64,000 nucleotides of DNA from Candidatus Latescibacterota bacterium (GTDB lineage Bacteria; Latescibacterota; UBA2968), in the NCBI GenBank assembly GCA_965207885.1, contig OZ242311.1, forward strand, positions 3,328,001-3,392,000, written 5' to 3'. The position numbers were made by a program, and so were the translations under genes. Of the stretch, positions 1 through 9,966 are shown in pieces. The notes below the pieces were generated by a model, which saw only the letters and a list, made by a program, of their open reading frames with translations, searched no databases and was not told the origin of the DNA. The stretch's first letter is position 1, and every line of letters begins with the position of its first letter.

Positions 1-788
1 TACGTTATCCCCGCTCCAAATTCCCGGGGAAATTCCACATCGCTTTCCGTCTCGACCTCAACGGCTTCACGCTGTCCCACAAAGCGATTTCTTTGAACCT
101 GACGCTGCTTGATACTGCCTCCGATATCGACATTTGCCCCCAAACTCCACCGCGAAGTGGGCGTATAGATAATCCCGAATGAAGGCAACCATCCGCGGTG
201 GGTGCGCGTGATCTCATCGTGAGAAAAGAAGACCGTCTCATTGTCGAAATCCTTGATCCAGGACTCGTTAAATGTCCCCATAGCCACCCAATTTATACGC
301 CCTCCCACAAAAAGCCTGCGCCCAATTCGATGTCCCAACCCCAGGGCAATAGCCTGGATACCCCCGGTCGCTTCCACTTCCAGTTGATACTTCAAATCAC
401 CCATGCCGCGATCTTCTATCGCCCCGAAATCCATATCTGTAAGCGGTTCAAGTCCGACACCTATAACAGGACCACGTCTCATAGGCAGTGCGATCTGAAA
501 AGCCCCGACATCCCCGTCATTTACAATGCTTTCGCCATTCAAAAATCGGTGCTGAGCCATAAATTGCATACTCACAGATGCTCTGCGGAAAGCGCCCAAC
601 AAAGCGGGATTTTGGGATGAAAAATTTAGTCCATCTGCAAGTGACCGCCCAGCACCGCCCATACTTCGAGATCGCGCATCAACGCGCCTGACTGGATCTC
701 CAACACCATAAAAAGAAAAAATTGTATTGGCACAAGCTGGCAGTACCATCGACAAAATAAAACCCAAAGCGAGAATTATTCGCATCAT
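1..788 (-). CDS. Outer-membrane beta-barrel protein, FadL/OmpP1/PorV-like (partial, runs off the window start)
   Basis: Not in the ORF track because its stop is outside the window. My translation from ATG 788: MMRIILALGFILSMVLPACANTIFSFYGVGDPVRRVDARSRSMGGAGRSLADGLNFSSQNPALLG... Signal peptide, the ARSxxMGGAG...NPA N-terminal motif and alternating beta-strand patterns. Starts just after the stop of the upstream lipoprotein gene. Confidence 0.75.
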   Translation of the reverse strand, partial: MMRIILALGFILSMVLPACANTIFSFYGVGDPVRRVDARSRSMGGAGRSLADGLNFSSQNPALLGAFRRASVSMQFMAQHRFLNGESIVNDGDVGAFQIALPMRRGPVIGVGLEPLTDMDFGAIEDRGMGDLKYQLEVEATGGIQAIALGLGHRIGRRLFVGGRINWVAMGTFNESWIKDFDNETVFFSHDEITRTHRGWLPSFGIIYTPTSRWSLGANVDIGGSIKQRQVQRNRFVGQREAVEVETESDVEFPREFGAGIT

Positions 789-789
789 A

Positions 790-1974
790 TTACAATTCCG
801 GAGGAAGAGAGTAAATGAGATTTAAACGCACATCTTTTAACACAAGCCATCGGATGAGAGAGGGCGAATTTAAAGGCACTGGCAACCCCCCTAAAGAAAC
901 AAAATTGACGGGCGAAAGTGCCAATCCATGATTTTCTCGTACACCAGATATCCATGCTTGAATCAAAGTCTGATTAATCGTGTAAATCGCTGTCGCTGGT
1001 TCAATGAGTAATCTCTCATTAAACCGCGTAAACGCGGTATCGCCTTCTGCAATTTTCAGGCCATATATTTCAATGGGAAAAGATGAAAAATAGGAACGAT
1101 CCAGATCGATATTCAATTGCAATTGGGCCGAATTGATCGTCGCGCCTTGTGGAATATTGGGCAGATCAAAATTCAAAACACTCCCGTAAAAAAAACCCTC
1201 GGCAAGAATCGCCAGATCTTTTGGAGGACCGCCATTGATCCGCGCACTCCAATAAGTATCTGCATCGGTCTGAACAGCCGCACGCTCTGTCACATCTCCC
1301 ACCCGGTACACGGCCTCCAATTCGGGAATCGGCGCATCTGCACGAATATCGGTAGCTTCGCGTGAAAAAATATCCAACAAAAAAGGTGCCTCACCATCGG
1401 GTTGCAACAGGATTTCTACAGACTGATCTCCCGCTTCTACCGCATACTTCAAGAGCGACACGGGCAAATCGATCCGAACGCGATCCACAAACACCTGCGT
1501 CACAGCACCGGGTATTGGCGTTGCAAGCACCTCGGACTCGACCCAGCGAGTCGTATCGACATAGGTCTGAAGTTCTTCCCATGGCGAATCGGGCCGCAAT
1601 GCAATCAGCGATGCATTTTCGACCAATCGTGCCGACCGAATACCCAGATTGACGCGCAGGGAATCAATCGTCAACCCCGATGGTACACCGCCAGACAACT
1701 CATCCGGCACATTAAAACGCAACAGACTCCGCAGCAAAAACCCATTCATCTGCCCGACCAGCAATTCCTCTTGTTCCCCCATCACGGTAGGAATAATCAG
1801 AGATTGAAAGGACCGCGCCGACGTTAGCGGAATCGCGGGCAATGCTACTGTATCACCGGGATCGCGTCCAACAAAGCCCTCGCCCAATGGGTTGCGCTTT
1901 TCGGTATTGCAACCAGTGAGACAGGTCACAAGTAAAAAAATCAGTAAAAATCGTTTTCTCATCATAATCATCAC
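790..1974 (-). CDS. Lipoprotein with two related beta-sandwich (DNRLRE/DUF4270-like) repeats
   Basis: Lipobox LTGC after a basic/hydrophobic leader. Two similar segments: SLLRFNVP...GLTIDSLRVNL and SVLNFDLPNIPQGATINSAQLQL. Confidence 0.65.
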   Translation of the reverse strand: MMIMMRKRFLLIFLLVTCLTGCNTEKRNPLGEGFVGRDPGDTVALPAIPLTSARSFQSLIIPTVMGEQEELLVGQMNGFLLRSLLRFNVPDELSGGVPSGLTIDSLRVNLGIRSARLVENASLIALRPDSPWEELQTYVDTTRWVESEVLATPIPGAVTQVFVDRVRIDLPVSLLKYAVEAGDQSVEILLQPDGEAPFLLDIFSREATDIRADAPIPELEAVYRVGDVTERAAVQTDADTYWSARINGGPPKDLAILAEGFFYGSVLNFDLPNIPQGATINSAQLQLNIDLDRSYFSSFPIEIYGLKIAEGDTAFTRFNERLLIEPATAIYTINQTLIQAWISGVRENHGLALSPVNFVSLGGLPVPLNSPSLIRWLVLKDVRLNLIYSLPPEL

Positions 1975-2025
1975 TCAATGGATAAAAATAGCTGACTACA
2001 ATAGCCCTTTACACGCTTCAAAGCG

Positions 2026-3768
2026 TCAAACGTTTCGTTGTACTCGACCACGGGAAATCGCGCGTTCTATACCCGGCAAAAAAAACGCTTCGCACACGCG
2101 ATCCCAGCTCATTTGTCCAGCTAACCTGTAACCCGAATGCAATCGCGCCTCGCGTTCTCTATCCGATGATGGCAACGCATCTGCGATATCCCACGCAACT
2201 TTTTCTGCCACTTTGCCTTCCTGGATACGACGTTCATACTCACCTATCACACGGGCAGACGCGGCACTCTCCAATGCGACATCTGCCGTATAATCTGCCA
2301 CGATGACGAGAGGATCGGCCTGTTCTTTTGTCACGCGACCCAAAAATCCGCAACACCCGCACACACTACTCGGCACACAAAGCCCACCAAAAGTCAGAGG
2401 TTCGAGCACGGCAATACCAAACAGCTCGTAAATCGATTGTCCAAATTCAACATCCGTACCCCGGCGCAAATCCTCAAATGTCATATCTTGCGGCATGCGC
2501 TGCCCGCAACTCGCCTGGTCCCATCCAAACTGATTGACCAAAATGGCCTGAATGGCAACAGATTCGCGATTAAACCCTACCATATCCCGCCAGATATCCA
2601 CCTCATTTGAAACCAGATCGGGTGGTCCTTTATGGTGTACAACCGGCCATCCATATTCGGACTCCATAATCTCGATATCGCGCGCACTACGCTGTTCCGC
2701 AGCTGTTGTAAGCACAAAAAACACACCCGTTTGTCCTTTGTTCCCCAACAATTTATCGAGATGTGTCAGCACGAGTAAATCACGCCATAGCCCTTTACTA
2801 ATCACCGGGCGCGTAACATGAGTCATCACCACATCTGGCTCATATCCGAGCAAATTTTGCGCATACTCCTGTAAACGCGAGCGAGACTGTAATTTCTCTG
2901 CATAAGAAATCTGCACAGCGGGAATACCATTGTAAACCAGGTCTATCGCTTGCGCTTCAAGCCCCATAAACCGAAGCTCATCGAGCGTTGGGTCTCCCAC
3001 GGCAAAAATACCATCGGAGTGCGACGCCAATTGAACCAGCGCGTGCCGATAATAATCGGACTGATCTCCAAATATATCCTCAACCACTTCGCCCTGTGCA
3101 AGTGCTCGCGCCATCGCGTTGTAAAACATCACATCGTGTCCCGGGTTGCCCTCGGTGATCTCGCGCATCGCGGAAACCTCATGGGCGTAAAAAATCGCTC
3201 GAAAGCGCGGATCATTTTCCATAATAGTTTTGAGCGCAACAGGCCTGCCCATATACTCATGGGCCAGCACAATATGTGGGCCGGGGTCCTTTCCGATAAG
3301 CGCGACAACAGCGCCGTAAATAGCTTCCGCACTATCGATATAAAGCGCGTAATCCTCAACCGTATCATATCGGTCAGACGCAAGGCCAAAATGCCGGTAG
3401 AGATTGTACTTAAAATTGCGGGACCGCCGAGGGTTGATATCTTCGGCATCAACGAGCAACACATCGGCTCCATATCCACCACCGAATCGACGTATCCCAT
3501 AAACAATATTGACATTGTACCGCTCTGCGACGCGATTGAGCGCGTCGGCACAATCCGCATTTTGCACGCCGGAAATAGTCGAAAAAAGCACCTCGCCACT
3601 TTCCGCAAGGAGATCTTCATCCTCTGGGCGCAAAAGCGGGCCGACGAGAAAAGACCGCCTCACGGCTTCCTGGTACACAGAAGAAGTCATCAAGCCCTCG
3701 AGTACAGCTCCAATACCACCGGCCTTGCGCACTGCTTCGTGTGTCGCGTGAATCACCGTATAGCTCAT
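2026..3768 (-). CDS. GT-B glycosyltransferase, glycogen synthase-like (GT3-like)
   Basis: N-terminal HEAVRKAGGIGAV (KxGG loop), AHEY motif, and C-terminal SIYELFGIAVLE (E-x7-E signature of retaining GT-B enzymes). Confidence 0.7.
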   Translation of the reverse strand: MSYTVIHATHEAVRKAGGIGAVLEGLMTSSVYQEAVRRSFLVGPLLRPEDEDLLAESGEVLFSTISGVQNADCADALNRVAERYNVNIVYGIRRFGGGYGADVLLVDAEDINPRRSRNFKYNLYRHFGLASDRYDTVEDYALYIDSAEAIYGAVVALIGKDPGPHIVLAHEYMGRPVALKTIMENDPRFRAIFYAHEVSAMREITEGNPGHDVMFYNAMARALAQGEVVEDIFGDQSDYYRHALVQLASHSDGIFAVGDPTLDELRFMGLEAQAIDLVYNGIPAVQISYAEKLQSRSRLQEYAQNLLGYEPDVVMTHVTRPVISKGLWRDLLVLTHLDKLLGNKGQTGVFFVLTTAAEQRSARDIEIMESEYGWPVVHHKGPPDLVSNEVDIWRDMVGFNRESVAIQAILVNQFGWDQASCGQRMPQDMTFEDLRRGTDVEFGQSIYELFGIAVLEPLTFGGLCVPSSVCGCCGFLGRVTKEQADPLVIVADYTADVALESAASARVIGEYERRIQEGKVAEKVAWDIADALPSSDREREARLHSGYRLAGQMSWDRVCEAFFLPGIERAISRGRVQRNV

Positions 3769-3771
3769 AAC

Positions 3772-4257
3772 TCAATGTACCGTATCGATCAAAATATCCA
3801 CATCCACGGCTCCCGGCGCAACGGGATTTTGCGGATAAATCCCCTCCATATCCCCTGCTTTTGAACCACCCACACGTCCATCTGCATCAATTTTTGCAGA
3901 GACGTACAACGCATCGATCTCAGACCAGTCAATCTCAATCATCGCATCCCCGCGTGTCAGTGTGTACGAATAGGGAAAATCGGAAATGTCGAGCCGCTTC
4001 ACCGCCAGCGGTGGTCCGCCAACAGGGGCAGGTCGCGCAATAACAAATAGCACGGCATTGCTCCCAATGCGCTCGCCCAGCCCATCGGCCAGTCGAATCG
4101 TCCCTGAAACCACGGCGCCTGATGCCTGTGGTCCTTCTTTATCCGCTGCTGAAGTCTGAACAGGTGGAGGCTTTGGCGGCGGATGCGCCCCTTCCTCATA
4201 GTGCTGGCTACAAGACATCAACCACATAAGAACGCATAGGAGAATAGATTTACGCAT
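3772..4257 (-). CDS. Lipoprotein resembling the C-terminal Ig-like domain of CcmI/CycH
   Basis: Lipobox LMSC; VSGTIRL...VLFVIAR...PPLAVKRL...FPYSYTL...DAM...SAKID...GD pattern typical of the CcmI periplasmic C-terminal domain. Confidence 0.6.
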   Translation of the reverse strand: MRKSILLCVLMWLMSCSQHYEEGAHPPPKPPPVQTSAADKEGPQASGAVVSGTIRLADGLGERIGSNAVLFVIARPAPVGGPPLAVKRLDISDFPYSYTLTRGDAMIEIDWSEIDALYVSAKIDADGRVGGSKAGDMEGIYPQNPVAPGAVDVDILIDTVH

Positions 4258-5014
4258 CGATATCTTCCTCGAACATCGTCAAAATCCTGGGTTCTCCACG
4301 TGTAATTGCTACCACATGTTCAAAATGCGCCGAAGGCAACCCATCAGCCGCCGATGCCGTCCACCCGTCATCTGCCACCACAACTTCATGCGTTCCCAAA
4401 TTGACCATCGGCTCAATGGCGAGTACCATCCCCTTTCGCAAACGAGGATTGCGCTCTGGGGGCACATAATTGGGCACGGCGGGTTCTTCGTGCAATCTGC
4501 GCCCAATGCCATGCCCTACAAATTGCCGCACAACAGAAAAACCAAATTGCTCGACCCAGTTTTGTACCGCACCGCAAATATCACTCAGGCGTTTCCCGGC
4601 AACCGCTTGCTCAATCCCCTTAAACAGAGCTTCTCGCGTCACCTCCAGCAATTCTTTTTCCCGCTCTGAAATATTGCCAACAACGCGCGTAATCGCCTGA
4701 TCGCCGTAGTAGCCTCGCAATTTCACTCCAATATCAATGCTAACAATATCGCCATCTATCAACTTCCGCGACCCGGGAATCCCGTGTACGACCTGTTCGT
4801 TAATAGAAATACAACTCGCTGCGGGATACCCCTTATAGCCCTTAAATGCGGGTTCTGCGCCGTGTGACCGAATCACATCTTCGGCCGCGCTATCCAGTTC
4901 TCTGGTCGTCGTTCCCACCTTGACAAGCGGCTTGAGTGTGCGATGCACCAGCCCCACAATGCGGTTTGCCTCAATCATCAAATCCAGCTCTCGATCTGTT
5001 CGCAATACAATCAC
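4250..5014 (-). CDS. map: Type I methionine aminopeptidase
   Basis: CISINEQVVHGIP, DIVSIDIG, GHGIG..LHEEP, IEPM and SAHFEH motifs. Confidence 0.97.
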   Translation of the reverse strand: MIVLRTDRELDLMIEANRIVGLVHRTLKPLVKVGTTTRELDSAAEDVIRSHGAEPAFKGYKGYPAASCISINEQVVHGIPGSRKLIDGDIVSIDIGVKLRGYYGDQAITRVVGNISEREKELLEVTREALFKGIEQAVAGKRLSDICGAVQNWVEQFGFSVVRQFVGHGIGRRLHEEPAVPNYVPPERNPRLRKGMVLAIEPMVNLGTHEVVVADDGWTASAADGLPSAHFEHVVAITRGEPRILTMFEEDIDA

Positions 5015-5026
5015 AGCGTTACTCCC

Positions 5027-6643
5027 TTAACGCGATTCACCAAAATGGGAAACAAAAATGAGAAAATCGCGAAAATCAACAGGCCCATCCCCGTTGAAAT
5101 CCAATTTTGGATCATACCTATTATCCGTGTGTAAGAGCTTAAAACCATCCGCAAAGCGCAGGAAATCGGAAAATGCAACGCGCCCATCGCCATCGACATC
5201 GCATACGAGATCCGTCGCCATACTTCCGCCAGTTGAAAACGTGTAATTCACGCGCCGCCTTTCACCCGAAAGCGATGTTTCCATCACAATAAATACAACC
5301 TCGTCAAAACGATTAGCTCTTGGAATCACCACCGTTGTCCCACGCGGGCACAGCAATTCGACGCCAGATGGAGAGATCAGCATAACCAGCAACTGCCACT
5401 GCCCCTGGGCGTCCAGCGCAAACGTTCCCCGAAGCCCGCCAGCGATATTTGAAGTTGCCACGCGCAAATACGTCGCTCCCAAATGATCAACCGTCTCAGC
5501 CCCTTCAATAGAGCCACCTGTGCCGAGGAATATATTGGCATGCTTTATCGAGGGCAAATCGCGCGCTTCAACATAATACCCGGGGCGCGTACGCACATCA
5601 GTCAAATAATTCCACGCGGCAAACCGCGGCATCACCTGGGCAAATCCGCCCAATGGCATCCCATCATCAATAAGCGACAAACTATATCTACTCGGATCGC
5701 GTCTTTTGAGCAACTCCCAAACACTCTTGATCGCATCTGCACCGTAAACCTGCTCAATGTGATGGGCAAAAATCGACGCGCCAAAAGGATGGAGACTACC
5801 AGAAAACTTGTCCAATGAGGCTTCGGGATCGTCGTAAAAACACGAAAAGTTGCTCGGGCAACTCATGTACTGATAAAAATCATTCACGTCGGGATAGGCC
5901 ACATCCTCCATCCATACCGCCGTGAGTTCCTGCCACCATGCAGCGGCAAAATCGGCATAATACCCAAATTGAATCGCGTGAAAAAACTCGTGTGCAGCCG
6001 TCACGCGCAACCCGTTGAATCCACGTGAATTCACAGGGTAAATATTATCCGTAAAATTATTGTCAATCTCCATATAACTCGGCGTTGTCAATTCCGTATA
6101 TGCAATCGGATATGTGAAACCATACGCCTGCTGAACGGCGAGATTTTTGATATAAATGTCGTAAACATTATCGCCATCGGACAGTGGTGGATTGTAGCCC
6201 AATTGATTGATCTGCAGATCCCAAACATCCTCAAAAACGCGCGCGGCTTCATCGACATAATCCGGCACACCATTGGCATCTGTATCGGTAGGAGCAACGG
6301 CGTGTGTCCCCACAGTATTGTAGTGAATCTTGAAATGCCCCCCCGAAGACAGAATTGAATGACTCAGAACAGGACGCTGCTGCAGAAACGCAAATGCCTC
6401 CTTTGCAGCGGGAGGCAAACGATCCCAATTCGCGGTCAAACCCCTTATTGCCGATGTCCCACAAATAGCTCTATCCAGTCTAAATTCGCTATCAGCGGGC
6501 AAAACCTCGGGAAAAAAATGGGCACAGGCACGGCAATAAATATCGTGCAATTCAGTCTCGGGCGTAAAAATAGGCGGAACTTGTGCATGCACAGATCCGC
6601 CCGCCAGTAAAAAAAATGCCAACAAAGGGACAACCCTACCCAT
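5027..6643 (-). CDS. Secreted zinc metalloprotease (MXAN_6640-like) with C-terminal dockerin/EF-hand-like double repeat
   Basis: Start reassigned to MGRVVPLL (signal peptide ending ..SVHA) just after the upstream regulator's stop. HFKIHY..G, D.NGVPDYV, TAAHEFFHAIQFGY (HExxH), WWQELTA. C-terminal DVDGDGRVAFSDFL and DFNGDGPVDFRDFL. Confidence 0.8.
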   Translation of the reverse strand: MGRVVPLLAFFLLAGGSVHAQVPPIFTPETELHDIYCRACAHFFPEVLPADSEFRLDRAICGTSAIRGLTANWDRLPPAAKEAFAFLQQRPVLSHSILSSGGHFKIHYNTVGTHAVAPTDTDANGVPDYVDEAARVFEDVWDLQINQLGYNPPLSDGDNVYDIYIKNLAVQQAYGFTYPIAYTELTTPSYMEIDNNFTDNIYPVNSRGFNGLRVTAAHEFFHAIQFGYYADFAAAWWQELTAVWMEDVAYPDVNDFYQYMSCPSNFSCFYDDPEASLDKFSGSLHPFGASIFAHHIEQVYGADAIKSVWELLKRRDPSRYSLSLIDDGMPLGGFAQVMPRFAAWNYLTDVRTRPGYYVEARDLPSIKHANIFLGTGGSIEGAETVDHLGATYLRVATSNIAGGLRGTFALDAQGQWQLLVMLISPSGVELLCPRGTTVVIPRANRFDEVVFIVMETSLSGERRRVNYTFSTGGSMATDLVCDVDGDGRVAFSDFLRFADGFKLLHTDNRYDPKLDFNGDGPVDFRDFLIFVSHFGESR

Positions 6644-6644
6644 A

Positions 6645-7328
6645 TCAGCCATCTTCCCCCAATGATGAAACATAAATATGTGCAGCCACTTCAAGCCCGA
6701 GCGAATACGTCGCCTCGCCATTGACCACAATTTCCAGCGGGCCGTTAAAAGGCGCGCGCCCCACCACCTCGATCTCGACATTGGGTTTAATACCCATCGT
6801 CGCCATATAGCGCAACATCTCCGCGCTTTGATCACTCACCTGTCTGACGAGCACGTTTTCTCCTGCGGGAATATCTGCCAAACACAGGTAGTGGTCGTAT
6901 TCTATCGAACCATCTTTGCGCGGAATCGGCGCACCGTGAGGATCGACTGTCGGATACCCCAGCATTCGATCAATTTTATCTTCAAACTCCTCAGAAATCA
7001 CATGCTCCAATCGATCCGCCTCCTCATCGACCTTATCCAGATCAAATCCCAGCACTTCTGACAAATATAGCTCGAGCAAACGGTGGTGGCGAAGGACCTC
7101 AAGGGCAATGCGTTTTCCCGTCGATGTAAGTACAACGCCCTGATAGGGCGTGTGTTCCACCAACTTCATCGCGGCGAGTTTCTTCAGCATATTGGTGACC
7201 GAAGCGGGAGCAACAGCCCTGTGCTCTGCAATCAGCGAAGTTGTCACAGAAGCGACGGGATTCTGGCCGTGTGTCAGCTTGTAGATCGTTTTCAAATAAT
7301 CCTGTGACGATTGACTAATCATATTCAT
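6645..7328 (-). CDS. DtxR/MntR/TroR family metal-dependent repressor with C-terminal FeoA/SH3 domain
   Basis: QDYLKTIY, SVTNMLKKL, RHHRLLELYL, EEADRLEHVIS, DPHGAPIP. Confidence 0.95.
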   Translation of the reverse strand: MNMISQSSQDYLKTIYKLTHGQNPVASVTTSLIAEHRAVAPASVTNMLKKLAAMKLVEHTPYQGVVLTSTGKRIALEVLRHHRLLELYLSEVLGFDLDKVDEEADRLEHVISEEFEDKIDRMLGYPTVDPHGAPIPRKDGSIEYDHYLCLADIPAGENVLVRQVSDQSAEMLRYMATMGIKPNVEIEVVGRAPFNGPLEIVVNGEATYSLGLEVAAHIYVSSLGEDG

Positions 7329-7385
7329 CTCTCCAAATAACCATCACAAAAAGTAAGATAAACCTCACGTACAGGCAAGCACATC

Positions 7386-8660
7386 CTATCCATCGGGAAT
7401 GCGCTTGCCCTGCGGATCAATTGCGATATTGGGCAATGCCGCTCGCATTTCTTCCCGCAAATGGTCATCCGTAAAGTGTTCCAGCGCGTCGGCGGGGGCG
7501 TGTACATGATCTGGCGGAAGCCCCAGTTGGTTCAAGTAGGACTCCCAAAGCCTGTGATTGCGGAGCAATCTGGTCGCGTGTACAACGCCTTGTTCCCCCA
7601 GCGAAAAATGCCCATTTTCCCGCTTGATCAGCCCTTGCCACATCAACGACCGAATCGCAATGCTAGACACCCAACGCGTAGCCGTATCGACCAGATCGCC
7701 CCAACTGAGCGCAGAGATGCGCTGCGATTCTCGCTCGCGGAGCAATTTCAACAAGACGTGATCTCGCGCAACCCTCAGAGAGAGCCGCACCTGCCGCACA
7801 AATCGCCCCAACAACCCATAGTGGGGTGCAAAAATCAGGGAAAGCGCGAACAGCACACCCATAACCACGACCATAGCCCCGGCAATAGAGCTATTCCAAA
7901 CCCCTGCGAGAAAATATCCGGCTATTGCGGAAATAACGCCCATCAAAGCAGACAACATCAAAATGACTTTTAACCGATCGCTCCACAAATAAGCCGAAGC
8001 GCCGGGAACAATCAGCATTGCCACAACGAGGATAGCCCCTACGGACTCAAATGCGGCTACTGTTGTGACGGAAACAGCTCCCATCAGCATATAATGTACC
8101 AGCGTGGCACTCACGCCCACAGAAAGCGCCATCTCGGCATCGAAAGACGCGATCAAAAGCTCTTTGTAGAACACCAGAACAAGCGCGATATTAAGCGCAA
8201 AGACCGTTCCGAGAATCCAGACTGGACGCGGTCCCAAGTCCCATTCTCCCCAGAACAGGCGATCCCAGGGCGTGTACGCGATCTCTCCGTAAAGGACGCA
8301 TTCCTGATCGAGATCGACCTGCCCGGCGAATGCCGTGATCAAAACAACCCCCAGCGCGAAAAGCGCTGTAAAAGTAATGCCTATCGATGAATCTTCTTGC
8401 ACGCGCCACCTGCGGTGAAATGTCTCAATCAACACCGTGGCAATCACCCCACATATAGCAGCACCAATAAACATCGGAATCACATCGCGACTGCCCGAAA
8501 GCAGAAACGCAATAACAATGCCCGGCAAAACAGCATGGCTTAGCGCATCGCCCAAAAGCGACATCTTGCGCAACACGAGATAGGCGCCCAATAAACCGCA
8601 CGATGCCCCGGCCAGCGCGCCTGCAAGCACAATCCAAAATGGTCCCCAAAACTCATCCAT
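7386..8660 (-). CDS. Mn/Zn/Fe ABC transporter permease (TroD/MntD-like) fused to a DtxR-like domain
   Basis: LGDALSHAVLPG and FESVGAILV (ABC-3 permease). Tail RNHRLWESYL...HAPADALEH...DPQGKRIP. Start moved to MDEFWG, overlapping the upstream stop. Confidence 0.9.
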   Translation of the reverse strand: MDEFWGPFWIVLAGALAGASCGLLGAYLVLRKMSLLGDALSHAVLPGIVIAFLLSGSRDVIPMFIGAAICGVIATVLIETFHRRWRVQEDSSIGITFTALFALGVVLITAFAGQVDLDQECVLYGEIAYTPWDRLFWGEWDLGPRPVWILGTVFALNIALVLVFYKELLIASFDAEMALSVGVSATLVHYMLMGAVSVTTVAAFESVGAILVVAMLIVPGASAYLWSDRLKVILMLSALMGVISAIAGYFLAGVWNSSIAGAMVVVMGVLFALSLIFAPHYGLLGRFVRQVRLSLRVARDHVLLKLLRERESQRISALSWGDLVDTATRWVSSIAIRSLMWQGLIKRENGHFSLGEQGVVHATRLLRNHRLWESYLNQLGLPPDHVHAPADALEHFTDDHLREEMRAALPNIAIDPQGKRIPDG

Positions 8661-9966
8661 CTTCGCCGGTCCTCCGATAGCCACTGTGTGTTTTGTGGAT
8701 ATCTCCAACAACATCTATACCTTCTTGTGCCAGAATCAGTTCAAGCTGTTCAATAATCTCAGGCGTTAGAATGTGTTCGACCTCATCGGCGGATCTATCC
8801 ACGTGATCCACCTCCAGGATAGACCGATAAACCAGATAATATTCCCATAGCTGATGGGACTTTACCACAAAATTCGCCTCTTTGTGTCCCCGTTCCGTCA
8901 AAGAACATGCACCATTATGCGTGTTCACCCATCCATCACGGCCGAGACGCTTTGCAATTCGACGCACGCGGTAAAGCGGCAGCTGAAGCTCATTGGCGAG
9001 GTCCGCCAACACGACCTCCCGCTTATCCCGTACCTGCAGCGCGAGATATGCCCGCAAAAAATGCTGACCGTTCTCCCGCAAAACATTTGCCCTGAGCCGT
9101 GCCCACCTGGCGAGCACTCCACGCCTGGGGGCAATCAGCACAGAAACGAGAAATGCAGCCGTTGCAACCAGCACCATCACTGGACCTGTTGGGATTCGGG
9201 GTGCCAGCGCACTCAGACCAACGCCCAGCGCGCCGCATAACGCACCCAAAATACCCGACACCAGCACCATCACATGCAGCCGATCTGTCCAAAACCGCGC
9301 AGCAGCAGCGGGGGTAATCAACATCGCAGCAATGAGAATAACTCCCACAGCCTGAAGCCCCACCATAACGGTAAGCACGATCAACCCCATTAGCAAAAGA
9401 TCGACCACACGCTGGGAAAATCCCAGTGAAGATAGAAACTCCGGATCAAAAATGAGTCCCTTAAACTCCTTGAAAAAAAGAAAAACCGCAACCATAACCA
9501 GCGCAGACACAATGCACATCACATACAGATCAGCGCGCACGATGGAAGCTGCCTGCCCAAAAAGAAACTTATCCAGACCACTTTGATTGCCCACCTCGCT
9601 TTGCTGAATATGCGTGAGCAACACAATACCCCCGCCAAAAAAGACCGAAAGCACAATGCCCAGCGCAGCGTCTGCTTTGATGCGCGTGTAATAGACAATG
9701 GCTTCGATAATAAGCACCCCCACCACACCGGAAATTGTCGCTCCCAAAAGCAGAATGGGCAATGCTTTGCTCTGTGACCACAGAAATGCCAGCGCAACGC
9801 CCGGAAGTGCTGCATGTGCCAGCGCATCGCCCAATAGGCTGCGCCGGCGCAATACGGCAAATGCACCCAGTGTGCCCGATGTTGCCCCGATCAATAGCGA
9901 ACCGAGCAAAACCAGTTGAAATGTCGCGTCCCAAATCACCTCATAAGCCTCGCTGGTGATGGGCAA
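8653..9966 (-). CDS. Mn/Zn/Fe ABC transporter permease (TroC/MntC-like) fused to a DtxR-like wHTH and dimerisation domain
   Basis: LLGDALAHAALPG and GLQAVGVIL. Tail LADLANELQ...LTERG...HQLWEYYL...SADEVEHILT. Confidence 0.9.
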   Translation of the reverse strand: MPITSEAYEVIWDATFQLVLLGSLLIGATSGTLGAFAVLRRRSLLGDALAHAALPGVALAFLWSQSKALPILLLGATISGVVGVLIIEAIVYYTRIKADAALGIVLSVFFGGGIVLLTHIQQSEVGNQSGLDKFLFGQAASIVRADLYVMCIVSALVMVAVFLFFKEFKGLIFDPEFLSSLGFSQRVVDLLLMGLIVLTVMVGLQAVGVILIAAMLITPAAAARFWTDRLHVMVLVSGILGALCGALGVGLSALAPRIPTGPVMVLVATAAFLVSVLIAPRRGVLARWARLRANVLRENGQHFLRAYLALQVRDKREVVLADLANELQLPLYRVRRIAKRLGRDGWVNTHNGACSLTERGHKEANFVVKSHQLWEYYLVYRSILEVDHVDRSADEVEHILTPEIIEQLELILAQEGIDVVGDIHKTHSGYRRTGEDG

